Assembly (NCBI GenBank): GCA_965198225.1
Contig: CBDAOY010000007.1
Coordinates: forward strand, 768,001-832,000
Length of the DNA: 64,000 nt
Origin: Terriglobia bacterium
GTDB taxonomy: Bacteria > Acidobacteriota > Terriglobia > 20CM-2-55-15
Direction: 5' to 3'
Part shown: one piece after another, positions 30,201-40,951 of the stretch
Layout of the letters: every line of letters starts with the position of its first letter
Numbering within the stretch: position 1 is the first letter of the stretch
Position numbers and translations under genes: made by a program
Notes under the pieces: generated by a model
Databases searched by the model: none
What the model saw: only the letters and a program-made list of their open reading frames with translations
Told to the model about the DNA's origin: nothing

Positions 30201-31187
30201 GTGAAGAAACATCTGATGTTTGGCGTTATCGCTGCTTTCCTCCTCGTCCTGCTCGCCACCGCGAGCCGTGCCCAACAACCTCCATCCACCCAGTGGACTC
30301 CGGATCAGATTGCCGAGGCGGTCGAGACGGTTCGGGCCGGACGCAAGCTGACCCCTCCGAAATGGCCCAACGGCGCCCGCGTCGCGGTCTGTCTCAGTTT
30401 CGACGTCGACAACGAGACGCTCGGCCTCAACCGGGGCAACACCGCGCCGGTCACACTTTCGGCCGGCGAGTTCGGCGCGATGTCGGGCCTGCCGCGTGTC
30501 CTGGATCTTCTGGACCGGTATCAGGTTCCGGCCTCGTTCTTCATCCCCGCCGTCAGCGCAATGCTGCACCCGATCCCCGCCGTCAGCGCAATGCTGCACC
30601 CGAGCATGATCCACGACATCATCAAAAACGGCCGCCATGAGGTCGGCGTCCACGGGTGGATCCACGAGAACCTGGCCGGGATGGACGACCCAACCGAAGA
30701 AGAACGCCTGATGAACCAGGCGATCGACTACCTGACGCGGGTAACCGAGAAGCGGCCCGTCGGTTTCCGTGCGCCCTCCTGGGCGTTCAGCCAGTACACC
30801 ATCGACCTGATCCAGAAAGCCGGCTTTCTGGATGACAGCAGCCTGATGGCGATGGACGAACCCTACGAGATCGTCTCGAAAGGGCGACCGACGGGAATGA
30901 TCGAACTGCCCGTGGAGTGGATCCTGGACGACGCGCCGTATTTCGGACGCTCCGGTTCGCTGCCGTCCCCGAGCCTGATTTTCGAAGCCTACCGGGACGA
31001 GTTCGACGTCGCCTATGAAGAAGGGACGATGCTCATGTTGACGATGCACCCACACGTCATCGGGCACCGGTCCCGGATGGTGTACCTGGACAAGCTCGTT
31101 CAATACATGAAGTCGAAACCCGATGTCTGGTTTGCGACCGCCGAGCAGATCGCAAACTACATCAAACAGGTCGACGAGGCACCTTGA
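30201..31187 (+). CDS. Secreted polysaccharide deacetylase (CE4/PuuE-like)
   Basis: SFDVD, HEVGVHGWIHE, GFRAP, LTMHPH; in-frame 30-bp duplication at 30543-30602. Confidence 0.88.
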   Translation: MKKHLMFGVIAAFLLVLLATASRAQQPPSTQWTPDQIAEAVETVRAGRKLTPPKWPNGARVAVCLSFDVDNETLGLNRGNTAPVTLSAGEFGAMSGLPRVLDLLDRYQVPASFFIPAVSAMLHPIPAVSAMLHPSMIHDIIKNGRHEVGVHGWIHENLAGMDDPTEEERLMNQAIDYLTRVTEKRPVGFRAPSWAFSQYTIDLIQKAGFLDDSSLMAMDEPYEIVSKGRPTGMIELPVEWILDDAPYFGRSGSLPSPSLIFEAYRDEFDVAYEEGTMLMLTMHPHVIGHRSRMVYLDKLVQYMKSKPDVWFATAEQIANYIKQVDEAP

Positions 31188-33591
31188 GCCCGCTCCCTTC
31201 ATGCCGCCACGCCCGGCGCACGATCTTGTTGATCATCGCAGTCTTGATGCCATCGGCCCTGCTTGCGCAGACGACCTACCCCTCGGTCGGCGGTGACCAG
31301 ATCCGCACGGAAACCTACCTGATCCCGGCGCCCACGAGCGGTCCGATGTCTCCAGCCTGGTCGCCGGACGGGGAATGGATCGCGTTTTCGATGTGGGGTT
31401 CGATCTGGCGTGTGCCGGCCGAGGGCGGTGTCGCCGAGGAGCTGACCAGCGGTCCGGGCTACGACTATCAGCCGGCCTATTCGCCCGACGGTGCCAGGAT
31501 CGTCTTCACCAGGGACCGGGACAAGCAGGTCGACATCTGGGAACTCGCTGACGCGGAAAGACAAGTCACCGACGACGAAGCAGTCGATCTGCTCCCGAGC
31601 TACACACCGGAAGGCGCGATCATTTTCTATACCAGCCGTAGCGGCAACTTCGACATCTGGAGGGCCCCGGATGAGCCGCTGACGACGGAGCGTTCCCGCG
31701 ACATGCAGCCGAGCTATTCCCCCATCGAACCGATTATCGCATTCGTGTCGGGTAGGGAGTCGCCGGTCGGTACTGGAGGAATCTGGAAAAAGGATCTTCG
31801 CACCGGCGAGACGAGCCTCGTCTATTTCGAGGAAACCGTCTACCGCGCCCGTCCCGCCTTCTCTCCCGACGGCAGAGAGATCCTGTTCTCGTCGAATGGA
31901 GATCTGTGGCGGATATCAGCAGACGGCGGCGTACCGATTGGTCACATTTGATGAGCCCGCTGTGGCGGATATCAGCAGACGGCGGCGTACCGATTCGAGT
32001 CACATTTGATGAGCCCGCTGAGGAGTTGGAAGGACGCTGGTCCCCCGATGGGAGAAAGATCGTCTACGTGTCCGATGCGCTGCAGTTGCGGGTGGTCCCC
32101 CGGGGCGGGGGATACGGAGTTCCGCTGCCGATCGAGGGCTTTCGACACAAGAGGTCGACCGGGACACTGTCGGTCGAGCTGAATGGCCCCGCCCGCGTAT
32201 CGATCGTGGCGTCCGACGACCGTGCCTATTCACCCGCGGGGACCTACCATCACGTGTCGAACGCCACCGACACCCACTATTTCTACGCTGCTGGATCTTT
32301 TGAAATCGAGCTTCCGACTGGCGTGGCGAGCATCCGCCTCAGCAGGGGCTTCGAGTACGGACCTCGGGAACTCGAAGTGACGGTTCCCGGCAGTATCGAG
32401 GTGAACCTGTCCAGGCTATATGAACTCGGCAACTGGTATTCGGGCGACACCCACGTCCACGATCGACATTCGGGTATCTACAGGATCCTTCCCGCGGACA
32501 TGGCGCTCTCGGCCGCGGCCGAGGACATGAACGTGTCGAACTTGCTGATCCATGTCGACGGGACCAGGCTGCAGGGTGACATGGCGAACTTCACCGGCGA
32601 GGACGATCCGCGTTCGACTGACGATTACATCCTGCACTATAGCCAGGAATACCGGACGACGCTCGGACACATCGCCATGCTGGGGTTGAATGAGTTCGTT
32701 TTCCCGTTTTTCAGCGGCGTGCGTGGCACGGTCCTCCGCCTCCCCGACCCGCCCCTGTTCGAGATGGCCCAGGCCGCCCGGGCCCGCGGCGCGACGGTCG
32801 GGATTCCTCATCCTTATTATCCTCAGATGGCTGCCGGATCCCTGGACGGTGTACGCCGTGGCCGGGGGGCTACCGAGATCCCAGTTGATGTCGCTCTGGG
32901 TCTGATGGACTACTACGACATCAACTGTATCTGGGCAGACGAAGAAGACTCGGCCGCGATTTACTACAGACTTCTCAACAGCGGCTTCCGTCTGCCGGTT
33001 GCCGGTGGTACGGATTCGTTCTCCGACGTGCCACGGGATCCCCCTCTGGGCGCGGCCCGGTCCTACGTGCGGGTCGAAGACGAGTTCACGTTCCAGAACT
33101 GGTTGCGTGCGCTCCGGGAAGGGAAGAGCTTCGCCACCAATGGGCCCCTGCTGACCTTGTCGGTCGACGGCCGCGATATCGGAGAGGAATTGGTGTTGGA
33201 TTCCCCCCAGTCAGTGAGGGTGGAAGCGCGCCTGATGTCAACTGTCCCGGTCGATCGGTTCGAGATCATCGTCAATGGTCGCGTCGTCGAATCCACCGAC
33301 GACGATGAGATCGCACTCAACCTGCCGCTGGATCGGTCTTCGTGGGTGGCCGCACGCGCTGTCGGTCCTGCCAATCCTCTGGTAGGCGACGAGTACGCCT
33401 TCGCGCACACAAGCCCCGTTTACGTCCAGATCTCTGGAGAACCGATCGTGGAAGCGGCCGACAAGGAGTTCTTCGCGCGCTACGTCGAAGAGTTGAAGTT
33501 GTACGTCGAATCGTTGCCTTGGGATGATCCTGCCGTACTAGAGAGTTACAGAAACGCCTACGATCGCGCCATTGCAGCTTTCCGCAATTGA
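31184..33591 (+). CDS. PD40/TolB-repeat plus CehA/McbA-type PHP metallohydrolase, split by a 56-bp duplication (probable consensus error)
   Basis: PAWSPDG repeats; GDTHVH, PHP, GGTDS, SFATNGP, AFAHTSPVY; duplicate at 31904-32017. Confidence 0.75.
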
Positions 33592-33597
33592 GGTCTC

Positions 33598-34623
33598 ATG
33601 AAGCCTCGCAGCCTCGCATACTTGGTTTCGATCCTCGCCTTCCTGCCCATCCTGTCGGAGAGCGCTGGATGGCAGCTCGGCGTCGTCAACCCGCTGCCTC
33701 CTGCTTCGAGTGACTGGACCTACAAGTTGGATACCGGCCCGCACGAAGTGGCGATGATGCCGCGCATCCGGCTTTACGATCCTGTCCGGGATCGAACGAT
33801 TCCCGTCAGTCTTGTTCACCCGAAGGAACGGGGCCCGTTCCCCCTCATCATCTATTCGCACGGATCGGGCGCCACGGGCCAGTACGACTACCCGATCGCC
33901 CGCTTCTGGGCGAGCCACGGCTACGTCGTGTTGCAACCGACCCATGCCGACACCCGGTCGCTGGCCATTCCGGAGGAAGAACTTTCTCAACTGAGCGGCC
34001 CGGACCTGTGGATCAGTCGTTCCAGAGACGTGGTCTTCGTCCTGGATTCTCTGGAAGCGCTGGAAGACTTTCCTGGGTTGGCCGGGAAACTGGACCACGA
34101 GGCCGTCGGGATGAGCGGCCACTCTCTGGGTGCGTACACGGCGCAGATGGTCGGGGGCGTGAGGCTACAACTCTCCGACGGGGGAGAGCTCCAGAGTTTC
34201 GGCGATCCTCGACCGCTGGCGTTTCTCCTGCTTTCGGGCCAGGGACGCGGTGACCAGGGCCTGGTCGATGGATCCTGGGATGAGTTCCGGCGCCCGATGA
34301 TGGCGATGACCGGATCGCGGGACCCCGGGCCGCGAGGCAGGCGCCCGGAATGGCGTGCGGAACCCTTCGAGCTCAGCCCGGCAGGCGACAAGTTCCAGGC
34401 CTTCATCGATGGAGCCACCCACTACTCCTACCCGGGTCTCTACGACGAGGGTCGCACCGATCCTCGTATTCAGGCCGAACTGCTGATCTTCGATTACGTC
34501 AGGACGGCCACGATCGCGTTCTGGGATGCGTACCTGAAGGACGATTCAGCCGCCAGGGCGTTCCTGGCCTCCGGCCTGCTCGCCGAAAACAGCGAAAGGC
34601 GTGTCAGGCTGTCGGCAAGGTAG
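33598..34623 (+). CDS. Secreted alpha/beta hydrolase
   Basis: IYSHG, GHSLG nucleophile, TGSRD, GATH. Confidence 0.85.
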   Translation: MKPRSLAYLVSILAFLPILSESAGWQLGVVNPLPPASSDWTYKLDTGPHEVAMMPRIRLYDPVRDRTIPVSLVHPKERGPFPLIIYSHGSGATGQYDYPIARFWASHGYVVLQPTHADTRSLAIPEEELSQLSGPDLWISRSRDVVFVLDSLEALEDFPGLAGKLDHEAVGMSGHSLGAYTAQMVGGVRLQLSDGGELQSFGDPRPLAFLLLSGQGRGDQGLVDGSWDEFRRPMMAMTGSRDPGPRGRRPEWRAEPFELSPAGDKFQAFIDGATHYSYPGLYDEGRTDPRIQAELLIFDYVRTATIAFWDAYLKDDSAARAFLASGLLAENSERRVRLSAR

Positions 34624-34923
34624 TTGTCGTCACCACAGGTGATCGGTGTCGGAGGGTGCACGAAGGCACCGAGGTCTTCTTGATCTTTCTTCCTCCGTGT
34701 CTCCGTGGTTATGCCTTCATCTCTGCGGACCCGCCATTCTTAGTTTCGCGGTGACCGCCCTCCGCCCGTGCTATTCTCAGAACGTTTCAATCCCTTCGAA
34801 CGTATTGAATTTATGGGGACCCTGGACTCTGCCACGGCGTCCCCGGTGAGGTTCCTCACAAAACAACCGGCGGGGGCCGCGAGTAATCGCGCGGATTTCG
34901 CCACAGCCAAGAAGGTTAAACCC

Positions 34924-35940
34924 ATGAAATTCAGAGTCTTTGATTCGGACGTCGACACGTCCGACTTTCGCCCACCCGACATACCGGGGAAGGCGATCAT
35001 GACCGGTGTCGTGTTGATACTCGGTCTGGTCGTGCTTTGGGGCACGGTCTACCAGATCGAGCCCGAGGAAGCCGGGGTGGTGCTCCGTCTCGGGGCATAC
35101 AATCGCACCACCGATCCCGGCCTCCATTTCAAGGTGCCGTTCCTTGAACAGGTGCAGAAAGTTCCGATCCGACGGCAGCTGAAACAGGAGTTTGGATTCC
35201 GGACCGCTGTCGCCGGAGTTCGGACACAGTACAACGAAGCCGCGTTCCTGGACGAGTCGCTCATGCTGACCGGTGACCTGAACGTTGCCGTGGTCGAATG
35301 GATCGTCCAATACAAGGTGGCCGATCCGTACCTCTATCTATTCAAGGTGCGGAACGTTGAAGACACCTTTGCCGACATGAACGAGGCGGTCATGCGGGGC
35401 GTCGTCGGAGACCGCACGGTCACCGAAGTACTGACCGTCGGCCGGCAGGGCATCGAAGTCACCGCGCAGGAGGCGCTTCAGGAACTGTGCCGGCAATACG
35501 AGACCGGGATCCAAATCGAACAGGTCGTGTTGCAGGACGTGAATCCGCCCGATCCCGTGAAACCGTCGTGGGACGAGGTCAACCAGGCCCAGCAGCAACG
35601 GGACCGGCTGATCAACGAAGCGCAGGCGGACTACAACAGCGTGATTCCACGGGCGAGCGGTGAAGCCCAGCAGACGATACTGCAGGCGGAAGGCTATGCT
35701 CTCGATCGCGTCAATCGTTCCGAGGGTGACGCCGCGCGCTTCAAGGCGGTGTACGAAGAATATCGTCGTGCGCCCGATGTGACCCGGCGGCGAATGTACC
35801 TGGAGACGATGGGAACGATGATGGCCCGCGTGCCCGGGAAAGTCATCCTGGATGAGAACGCTCGGGGCATTCTCCCATTGCTTCCCCTGGACGGTCTTCG
35901 AAGAACTGCCGGCCCGGCCGTGGGCGCAGGAGGTAACTGA
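34924..35940 (+). CDS. hflK: FtsH modulator HflK
   Basis: MLTGDLN, QDVNPP, APDVTRRRMYLET. Confidence 0.93.
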   Translation: MKFRVFDSDVDTSDFRPPDIPGKAIMTGVVLILGLVVLWGTVYQIEPEEAGVVLRLGAYNRTTDPGLHFKVPFLEQVQKVPIRRQLKQEFGFRTAVAGVRTQYNEAAFLDESLMLTGDLNVAVVEWIVQYKVADPYLYLFKVRNVEDTFADMNEAVMRGVVGDRTVTEVLTVGRQGIEVTAQEALQELCRQYETGIQIEQVVLQDVNPPDPVKPSWDEVNQAQQQRDRLINEAQADYNSVIPRASGEAQQTILQAEGYALDRVNRSEGDAARFKAVYEEYRRAPDVTRRRMYLETMGTMMARVPGKVILDENARGILPLLPLDGLRRTAGPAVGAGGN

Positions 35941-36872
35941 TGAACGCCAAAATGCTGCTCATACTTGCTGTGATAATTGTTGGGTTCATTGTCGTCGCGA
36001 ACGGGCTCTACATCGTCAGCGAGACCCAGCAGGTGATCCTGACCAGGTTCGGGGATCCCATCGGTGACGCCGTGACGGAGGCTGGACTTCACTTCAAGAT
36101 GCCTTTCATCAACAAGGCTAACTTTTTCGACAAGCGGTTTCTCGAGTGGGACGGGGATAGAAACCAGGTTCCGACACGCGACAAGCGCTTCATCTATGTG
36201 GATACCTATGCCCGTTGGAGGATCAGCAATCCTCTTACTTACCTGGAGAGCCTCGAGGGAGACGAATTCACCGCGCAGTCCCGGTTGGACGACATCCTGG
36301 ACGGTGAAACCCGGAACGCCGTCGCCAGGCACGACCTGGTCGAAGTGGTTCGGACCAGCAACCGTGAGCCGGAGGTTACGCCCGGGGACGAAGAAGAGAC
36401 TGGAATCCTGGATGAGATTAGGGTCGGCCGTCTCGATATCACGGCCGAGGTCCAGGAGACAGCCGGGCCAAGACTCGCCGAACTCGGAATCGAGCTGATG
36501 GACTTTCGTTTCAAGCGGATCAACTACGTCGAAGAGGTGCAGCGTGACGTGTTCGCCCGGATGATCGCCGAGAGGCAGCGCATTGCCGAGCGGTATCGGT
36601 CCGAAGGCCAGGGAGAGGCCGCTCGAATTGGGGGCGAGAAGGAGCGGGAGCTACAGCGAATCCAGTCGGAGGCTTACCGCCAGGCTCAGGAGAACCGGGG
36701 TATCGCGGATGCTGAAGCCACCCGGATCTACGCCGAGGCCTACAACCGGGACGCCGCCTTCTACGCCTTCATGAAAAGCATGGAGACAATCGAGAAATCG
36801 ATCGATCCAAACACGATGCTGATCATGTCAACGGAGGGCGAGCTGTTTCGCTACCTGGACCAGCCCCGCTGA
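35940..36872 (+). CDS. hflC: FtsH modulator HflC
   Basis: GLHFKMPF, RMIAERQRIAERYRSEG, IYAEAY..FYAF. Confidence 0.93.
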   Translation: MNAKMLLILAVIIVGFIVVANGLYIVSETQQVILTRFGDPIGDAVTEAGLHFKMPFINKANFFDKRFLEWDGDRNQVPTRDKRFIYVDTYARWRISNPLTYLESLEGDEFTAQSRLDDILDGETRNAVARHDLVEVVRTSNREPEVTPGDEEETGILDEIRVGRLDITAEVQETAGPRLAELGIELMDFRFKRINYVEEVQRDVFARMIAERQRIAERYRSEGQGEAARIGGEKERELQRIQSEAYRQAQENRGIADAEATRIYAEAYNRDAAFYAFMKSMETIEKSIDPNTMLIMSTEGELFRYLDQPR

Positions 36873-36896
36873 GTTAGGAGGTGAAGGAACGATCGG

Positions 36897-37079
36897 TTAG
36901 AAGTCGCCAACTCCCCACAGGATGAGGGAGGTTCCGACGATGTAGTTACCGTTGTAGACGAGCCCGATTCCGACCCCGGCGACGACGTAGACCGAAAGGA
37001 ATCGCTTCCAATTGAATCGGCGGGACTCTGCGGCGGCGACGTGTTTTGCGACGGTGAAGCGATCAACTACTCGACTCAT
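36897..37079 (-). CDS. Possible small membrane protein (60 aa)
   Basis: AGGGG upstream of ATG; hydrophobic C-terminal half. Confidence 0.4.
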   Translation of the reverse strand: MSRVVDRFTVAKHVAAAESRRFNWKRFLSVYVVAGVGIGLVYNGNYIVGTSLILWGVGDF

Positions 37080-37383
37080 GTTCGTGCCCCTGTTTTGTGT
37101 ACCTACTTGTTTAGTCGGTAAAAGGGGGCGGTGGGTTTAACCTGGGACTAAAAAAAACGAAACGGCTGGCGGCTGGAAGCTGGGAAACCGCATCGGCAGG
37201 TGAGGCAGAGGACCTGAATCGGACCGAGCGCCATCCGCCTTCGCCGCCAGCCGCAACAGAGTGGGAAGTGACAAGTGACGAGTGACAAGTGATAAGTAAG
37301 AAAGATCTCAAGACTGTCAGTGCGAGTTGACAGGCAAACACCCAGGACTGCAGTTTAATAACTGACTACTTCTTCCAACAACC

Positions 37384-37909
37384 ATGCCCGTTTCCGAGCA
37401 GAATTCCAGGCTGGTCTATGAGGCGCTGAAGAGTGCCGGCGTAGAGTTGATGTCGGCTCTGCCCGAAACCTGGCTCGTGCACATCATGGGCATGGCCGAC
37501 GACGACCCCGACACCACCCTGGTGCGTCTGACTCGCGAAGAGGAGGCGGTTGGCATTTCGGCCGGAGCCCATCTGGCCGGGGTTCGATCGGCGCTCCTCA
37601 TGCAGAATCACGGCTTTCTGGCCTCAGTCAACCCGATTGTGTCGCTCGCTCTGCTCTACAGGATTCCGCTGCTGATGCTGATTCCGCTCTGAGCTATCGC
37701 GCGGTCACATGGGCGAGGAACATCCGTGGCAGACCATGGGTGGACGGATGACCGAACCCATCCTTTCCGCCCTGGACATCCCATATGAGCTCCTCCGAGA
37801 TCCGGCCGACGTCGGCCGGCAGATTTCCGCCGCCCAGGTGCTGGCCGAATCCTCTCTGACGCCGGTGGCCCTGCTGCTCGAACGCCAGTTGATGTGGGAG
37901 GAATCGTGA
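37384..37909 (+). CDS. ThDP-dependent sulfopyruvate/phosphonopyruvate decarboxylase-like alpha subunit (frameshifted near 37685-37705)
   Basis: LP.TWL, TREEEAVGISAG, LLMQNHG, then SYRGHMGE in a shifted frame. Confidence 0.75.
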
Positions 37910-38472
37910 AGCGGGCCGAAGCGTTGGCTGCCCTTTACCCCGACATCCAGGACGATGCCGTCGTCACGATCATGGGCGCGGTGGCAGTTGAGCTGTATTC
38001 ATTGGGCCATCGGCCGAACTTCTTTTATTTGCAGCACGCCATGGGTCTGGCTTCGTCGATTGGTCTGGGCCTGGCTCTTTCGAAACCGAATCGGCATGTA
38101 ACGGTGTTCGACGGTGACGGCTCCGTCCTGATGAACCTTGGAACCTTCAGCACACTCGCGTGGTACGCGCCGAAGAACCTGACGCACGTGGTCTTCGACA
38201 ACGAAAGCCTGCTCTCGGTGGGGGGATTCCGGACGGCGACTTCGGCCGGTTCGGATCTCGCCGGTATCGCCGAACGTTCGGGAATCGAGAACGCGACGAT
38301 GGTCCGGACGGTAGGTGAGCTGAAGGCGGCATGGACGGAGGCGCGGGCAGCAGGCAAGCTTGCCACGATCGTGGCGAAGGTCGAAGCTGTCGGTCCACCT
38401 TCGTTCAAAATGGATATCACGACGCTGGAGAATCGATTCGAGTTCCAGCGCTGGCTTCGGGAGGTCGATTGA
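37906..38472 (+). CDS. ThDP-dependent decarboxylase beta subunit (ComE-like)
   Basis: MGLASSIGLG, DGDGSVLMN, VFDN. Confidence 0.85.
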   Translation: MKRAEALAALYPDIQDDAVVTIMGAVAVELYSLGHRPNFFYLQHAMGLASSIGLGLALSKPNRHVTVFDGDGSVLMNLGTFSTLAWYAPKNLTHVVFDNESLLSVGGFRTATSAGSDLAGIAERSGIENATMVRTVGELKAAWTEARAAGKLATIVAKVEAVGPPSFKMDITTLENRFEFQRWLREVD

Positions 38473-38474
38473 CG

Positions 38475-39257
38475 ATGTCGATTCTGGCGAAGTTTGTCGA
38501 AGCTCTGCAGGCCGGCGAGATCGAGGTCGTCGACTTGACCTCGGATCTCAGCGCCGACTCTCCGTTGTTACCTCTGCCACCCGAATGGCCGAACACACCG
38601 GCCTTCGAACTGCACGAGATCTCCCGCTACGACGAGCGCGGTCCGGCCTGGTACTGGAACTGGTTCAGGACCGGCGAACACACGGGAACTCATTTCGATG
38701 CCCCAATACACTGGGTCAGTGGAAAGGATCTCGATGCCAACAGCGTGGATCGGATTCCCGCTCGGTTGTTCGTGGGGCAGGCATGCGTCCTGGACGCCGC
38801 CGTCCAATCCCGCGAGAACCCCGATTTCCTCGTCGACGTGGACTTCATCGAGGACTGGGAAGAGCGTCACGGTAAGATTCCTGGGCGCAGTTGGGTCCTG
38901 CTGCGAACCGACTGGTCGCAAAGGACGAGCGCGGAGGAGTTCCTCAACATCGACGAGAGAGGGCCGCACACTCCCGGCTGGAAGATGGAGGCTTCGGTGT
39001 TCCTGGCTGAGGAAAGGGATGTGCTTGGCGTCGGAGTGGAAACGATCGGTACCGACGCCGGTCAGGCCGCCGGATTCGACCCGCCCTTCTGCAATCACTA
39101 CGTGATGCACGGACACGGGAAGTTCGGACTGACGAATCTGGTGAACCTCGACCGCCTGCCACCGACGGGCTCGGTCGTGATCGCCGCGCCCCTGAAGATC
39201 GTGGGAGGCTCGGGCAGCCCGTTACGGGTTATCGCCCTCGCGCCGAAAGGGGTGTAG
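38475..39257 (+). CDS. Cyclase family metal hydrolase (KynB/isatin hydrolase-like)
   Basis: EHTGTHFDAP, PLKIVGGSGSPLR. Confidence 0.9.
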   Translation: MSILAKFVEALQAGEIEVVDLTSDLSADSPLLPLPPEWPNTPAFELHEISRYDERGPAWYWNWFRTGEHTGTHFDAPIHWVSGKDLDANSVDRIPARLFVGQACVLDAAVQSRENPDFLVDVDFIEDWEERHGKIPGRSWVLLRTDWSQRTSAEEFLNIDERGPHTPGWKMEASVFLAEERDVLGVGVETIGTDAGQAAGFDPPFCNHYVMHGHGKFGLTNLVNLDRLPPTGSVVIAAPLKIVGGSGSPLRVIALAPKGV

Positions 39258-39294
39258 CTGCGTTCCTGGAGCAGCGATACTTCCAGATCGAGTT

Positions 39295-39434
39295 TAGGTG
39301 CGCTCTATGAGCGCACGTCGTTTCGGCTCAAAGGATGTGTTTGGGACAGCGAAACTGCAAGATCGGGTGTAGGTGCGCTCTATGAGCGCACAGCGTTTCG
39401 GTTCGAAGAATGTGCGGTCATAGACCGCACCTAC
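39295..39434. repeat. GTAG-type REP cluster (three units)
   Basis: Two GTGCGCTCTATGAGCGCAC units and one inverted GTGCGGTCATAGACCGCACCTAC. Confidence 0.8.
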
Positions 39435-39449
39435 ACCAAAGGTGCCGAC

Positions 39450-40112
39450 CTATTGCGGCTCGATCGTTGCCGCGTTGACGTAATCGAGTCGGGGAAAGTC
39501 CGCGTTCAGGTACGTATTGCCCTCCGCCTGAATGCGACCCTGAGACGGGCCCCGGCCGCTAGGAGCGCCTTCGCCGTAGTCGCTGTAAATCCGATCGACG
39601 ACTCGCATTCCGTCCACGACCCGCCCGAACGGCGCAAATCCTTGCCGGTCCAGGGACGAGTTGTTCCCGAAATTGATGAAGACCTGTGTCGTCCGTGTGT
39701 CGGGCGATCCTGCCATGGCGTAGGTGACATAGCCCCGCCGGTTGCTTTGGTCCACCCCATCGGGAGGTATCCGGGCTTCACGCCAGGCAGACGATACCGC
39801 CGGATCACCATGGATGCCGAACTGCACCATGAAGTTTTCGATCACGCGGAAGAAGCGAACATCGTCGTAGAAGCCGCTCTTGACGAGGTTGTAGAAACGG
39901 TCGGCGCCGTTTGGTGCCCAGTCCCGGTGCACCTCCACCGTAAACTCTCCGGCGCTCGTGTCGAACTTCACACGAAATTCGTCCGGTGCCGTTTCATTGA
40001 GGGCCGTCGGGTTCTTCAATGCGTCGTTGCCCCCCTGTCCCGAGCTGACGGAAGCAAAACCGAGCAGCATGGCGCCGGCCAGAAGAGTTAAGAGTATCGG
40101 GCTATCGGTCAT
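39450..40112 (-). CDS. Secreted cyclophilin-type peptidyl-prolyl isomerase
   Basis: WAPNGADRFY, FFRVI..FMVQFG, RTTQVFIN, FAPFGRV. Confidence 0.92.
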   Translation of the reverse strand: MTDSPILLTLLAGAMLLGFASVSSGQGGNDALKNPTALNETAPDEFRVKFDTSAGEFTVEVHRDWAPNGADRFYNLVKSGFYDDVRFFRVIENFMVQFGIHGDPAVSSAWREARIPPDGVDQSNRRGYVTYAMAGSPDTRTTQVFINFGNNSSLDRQGFAPFGRVVDGMRVVDRIYSDYGEGAPSGRGPSQGRIQAEGNTYLNADFPRLDYVNAATIEPQ

Positions 40113-40178
40113 TTGTGTTCCTCCGAGAGATTTTCTTACATCAATTCGATAGTCGGCTTCCGGTATGAGAGCAACATT

Positions 40179-40910
40179 CTATTCCTGAACCGCACTGATC
40201 TCATCCCTTGAAATTTTGATAACGCTTTTGGGGTTGAATGTCTGGCGGGTCTCGACCCGTAGCGCGACCTCGATTCTTCCGCCCTCGAGTACGAAGAACT
40301 GGAGCAGAAAACCCCCTCCCTCCATGGCCTCGAGTTGGTAGTCCTCCACGGGTACGTCCCCGATCCATTCCTCGAAGAGCGGCCCGAAGCCTGCGCTATC
40401 GAAGACATGTCCTGGCAGCGCCATGATCAGAGTCCCCGGCCTCTCGCCGATGACCCTCTGAATCTCCCGTCGGGCCTCGACCATGAAACGGATGAGGCGA
40501 CCGGCGTAGGTGAGGTCGTCGGCTTCGTCCCGTTCCGGTGCGGTGACGCCCACGGTCAGATGATGGATGAACGGGTTGCCGTAGTCCTGCGAAAGCATGT
40601 GCCGGCGGGCGGCATCGTCGACCGGGTGGACGACCGCAATGTAATCCGGCCAGCCAGCGTCACGCGCTGGGCCCTCCTCAGGCAGGCGGGCAGACACGTT
40701 GATGTAGTCGTGCCCGTCGACCGGCGACGGGTAACATCGGGAATCCCATCCCGAGATGTAGCCGCGTACCTTGATCGGTCCCGCGACCAGGTATGGCGGG
40801 TCGGTAAAGATCGCGGCGTGGTCGAGGTTGTGCTTGAGTTCGACGCCCGCTTTCACGATCATGGCGGCGACCCGGACGGCTTCGTCGAGCCTCTGAGACG
40901 CATTGGCCAT
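40179..40910 (-). CDS. Hypothetical protein, possible HPPD/VOC-like metalloenzyme
   Basis: LDHAA, IHHLTVGV, FLLQFF..RIEVALR. Confidence 0.6.
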   Translation of the reverse strand: MANASQRLDEAVRVAAMIVKAGVELKHNLDHAAIFTDPPYLVAGPIKVRGYISGWDSRCYPSPVDGHDYINVSARLPEEGPARDAGWPDYIAVVHPVDDAARRHMLSQDYGNPFIHHLTVGVTAPERDEADDLTYAGRLIRFMVEARREIQRVIGERPGTLIMALPGHVFDSAGFGPLFEEWIGDVPVEDYQLEAMEGGGFLLQFFVLEGGRIEVALRVETRQTFNPKSVIKISRDEISAVQE

Positions 40911-40951
40911 GTTGAGATCGCGGCCGAAGTCATCCGGGACTCGGAACCCGC

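Noticed and set aside
37181-37194. 14-bp match (tgggaaaccgcatc) to the interior of element A
   Set aside because: An isolated short match compatible with chance; the flanks do not extend it
37163-37253. 11-bp stem with downstream U-tract as a riboswitch, tRNA-Sec or SRP RNA
   Set aside because: No T-loop, anticodon arm or SRP motif; the stem is explained by CGGCTGG heptamer repeats
37690-37692. TGA in the ComD-like gene as selenocysteine
   Set aside because: The protein continues in a different frame, and the TGA lies in a garbled micro-duplication
39295-39434. Repeat-spacer pattern as a mini CRISPR array
   Set aside because: Only two direct units plus one inverted unit, the spacers resemble each other, and there are no cas genes; this fits REPs
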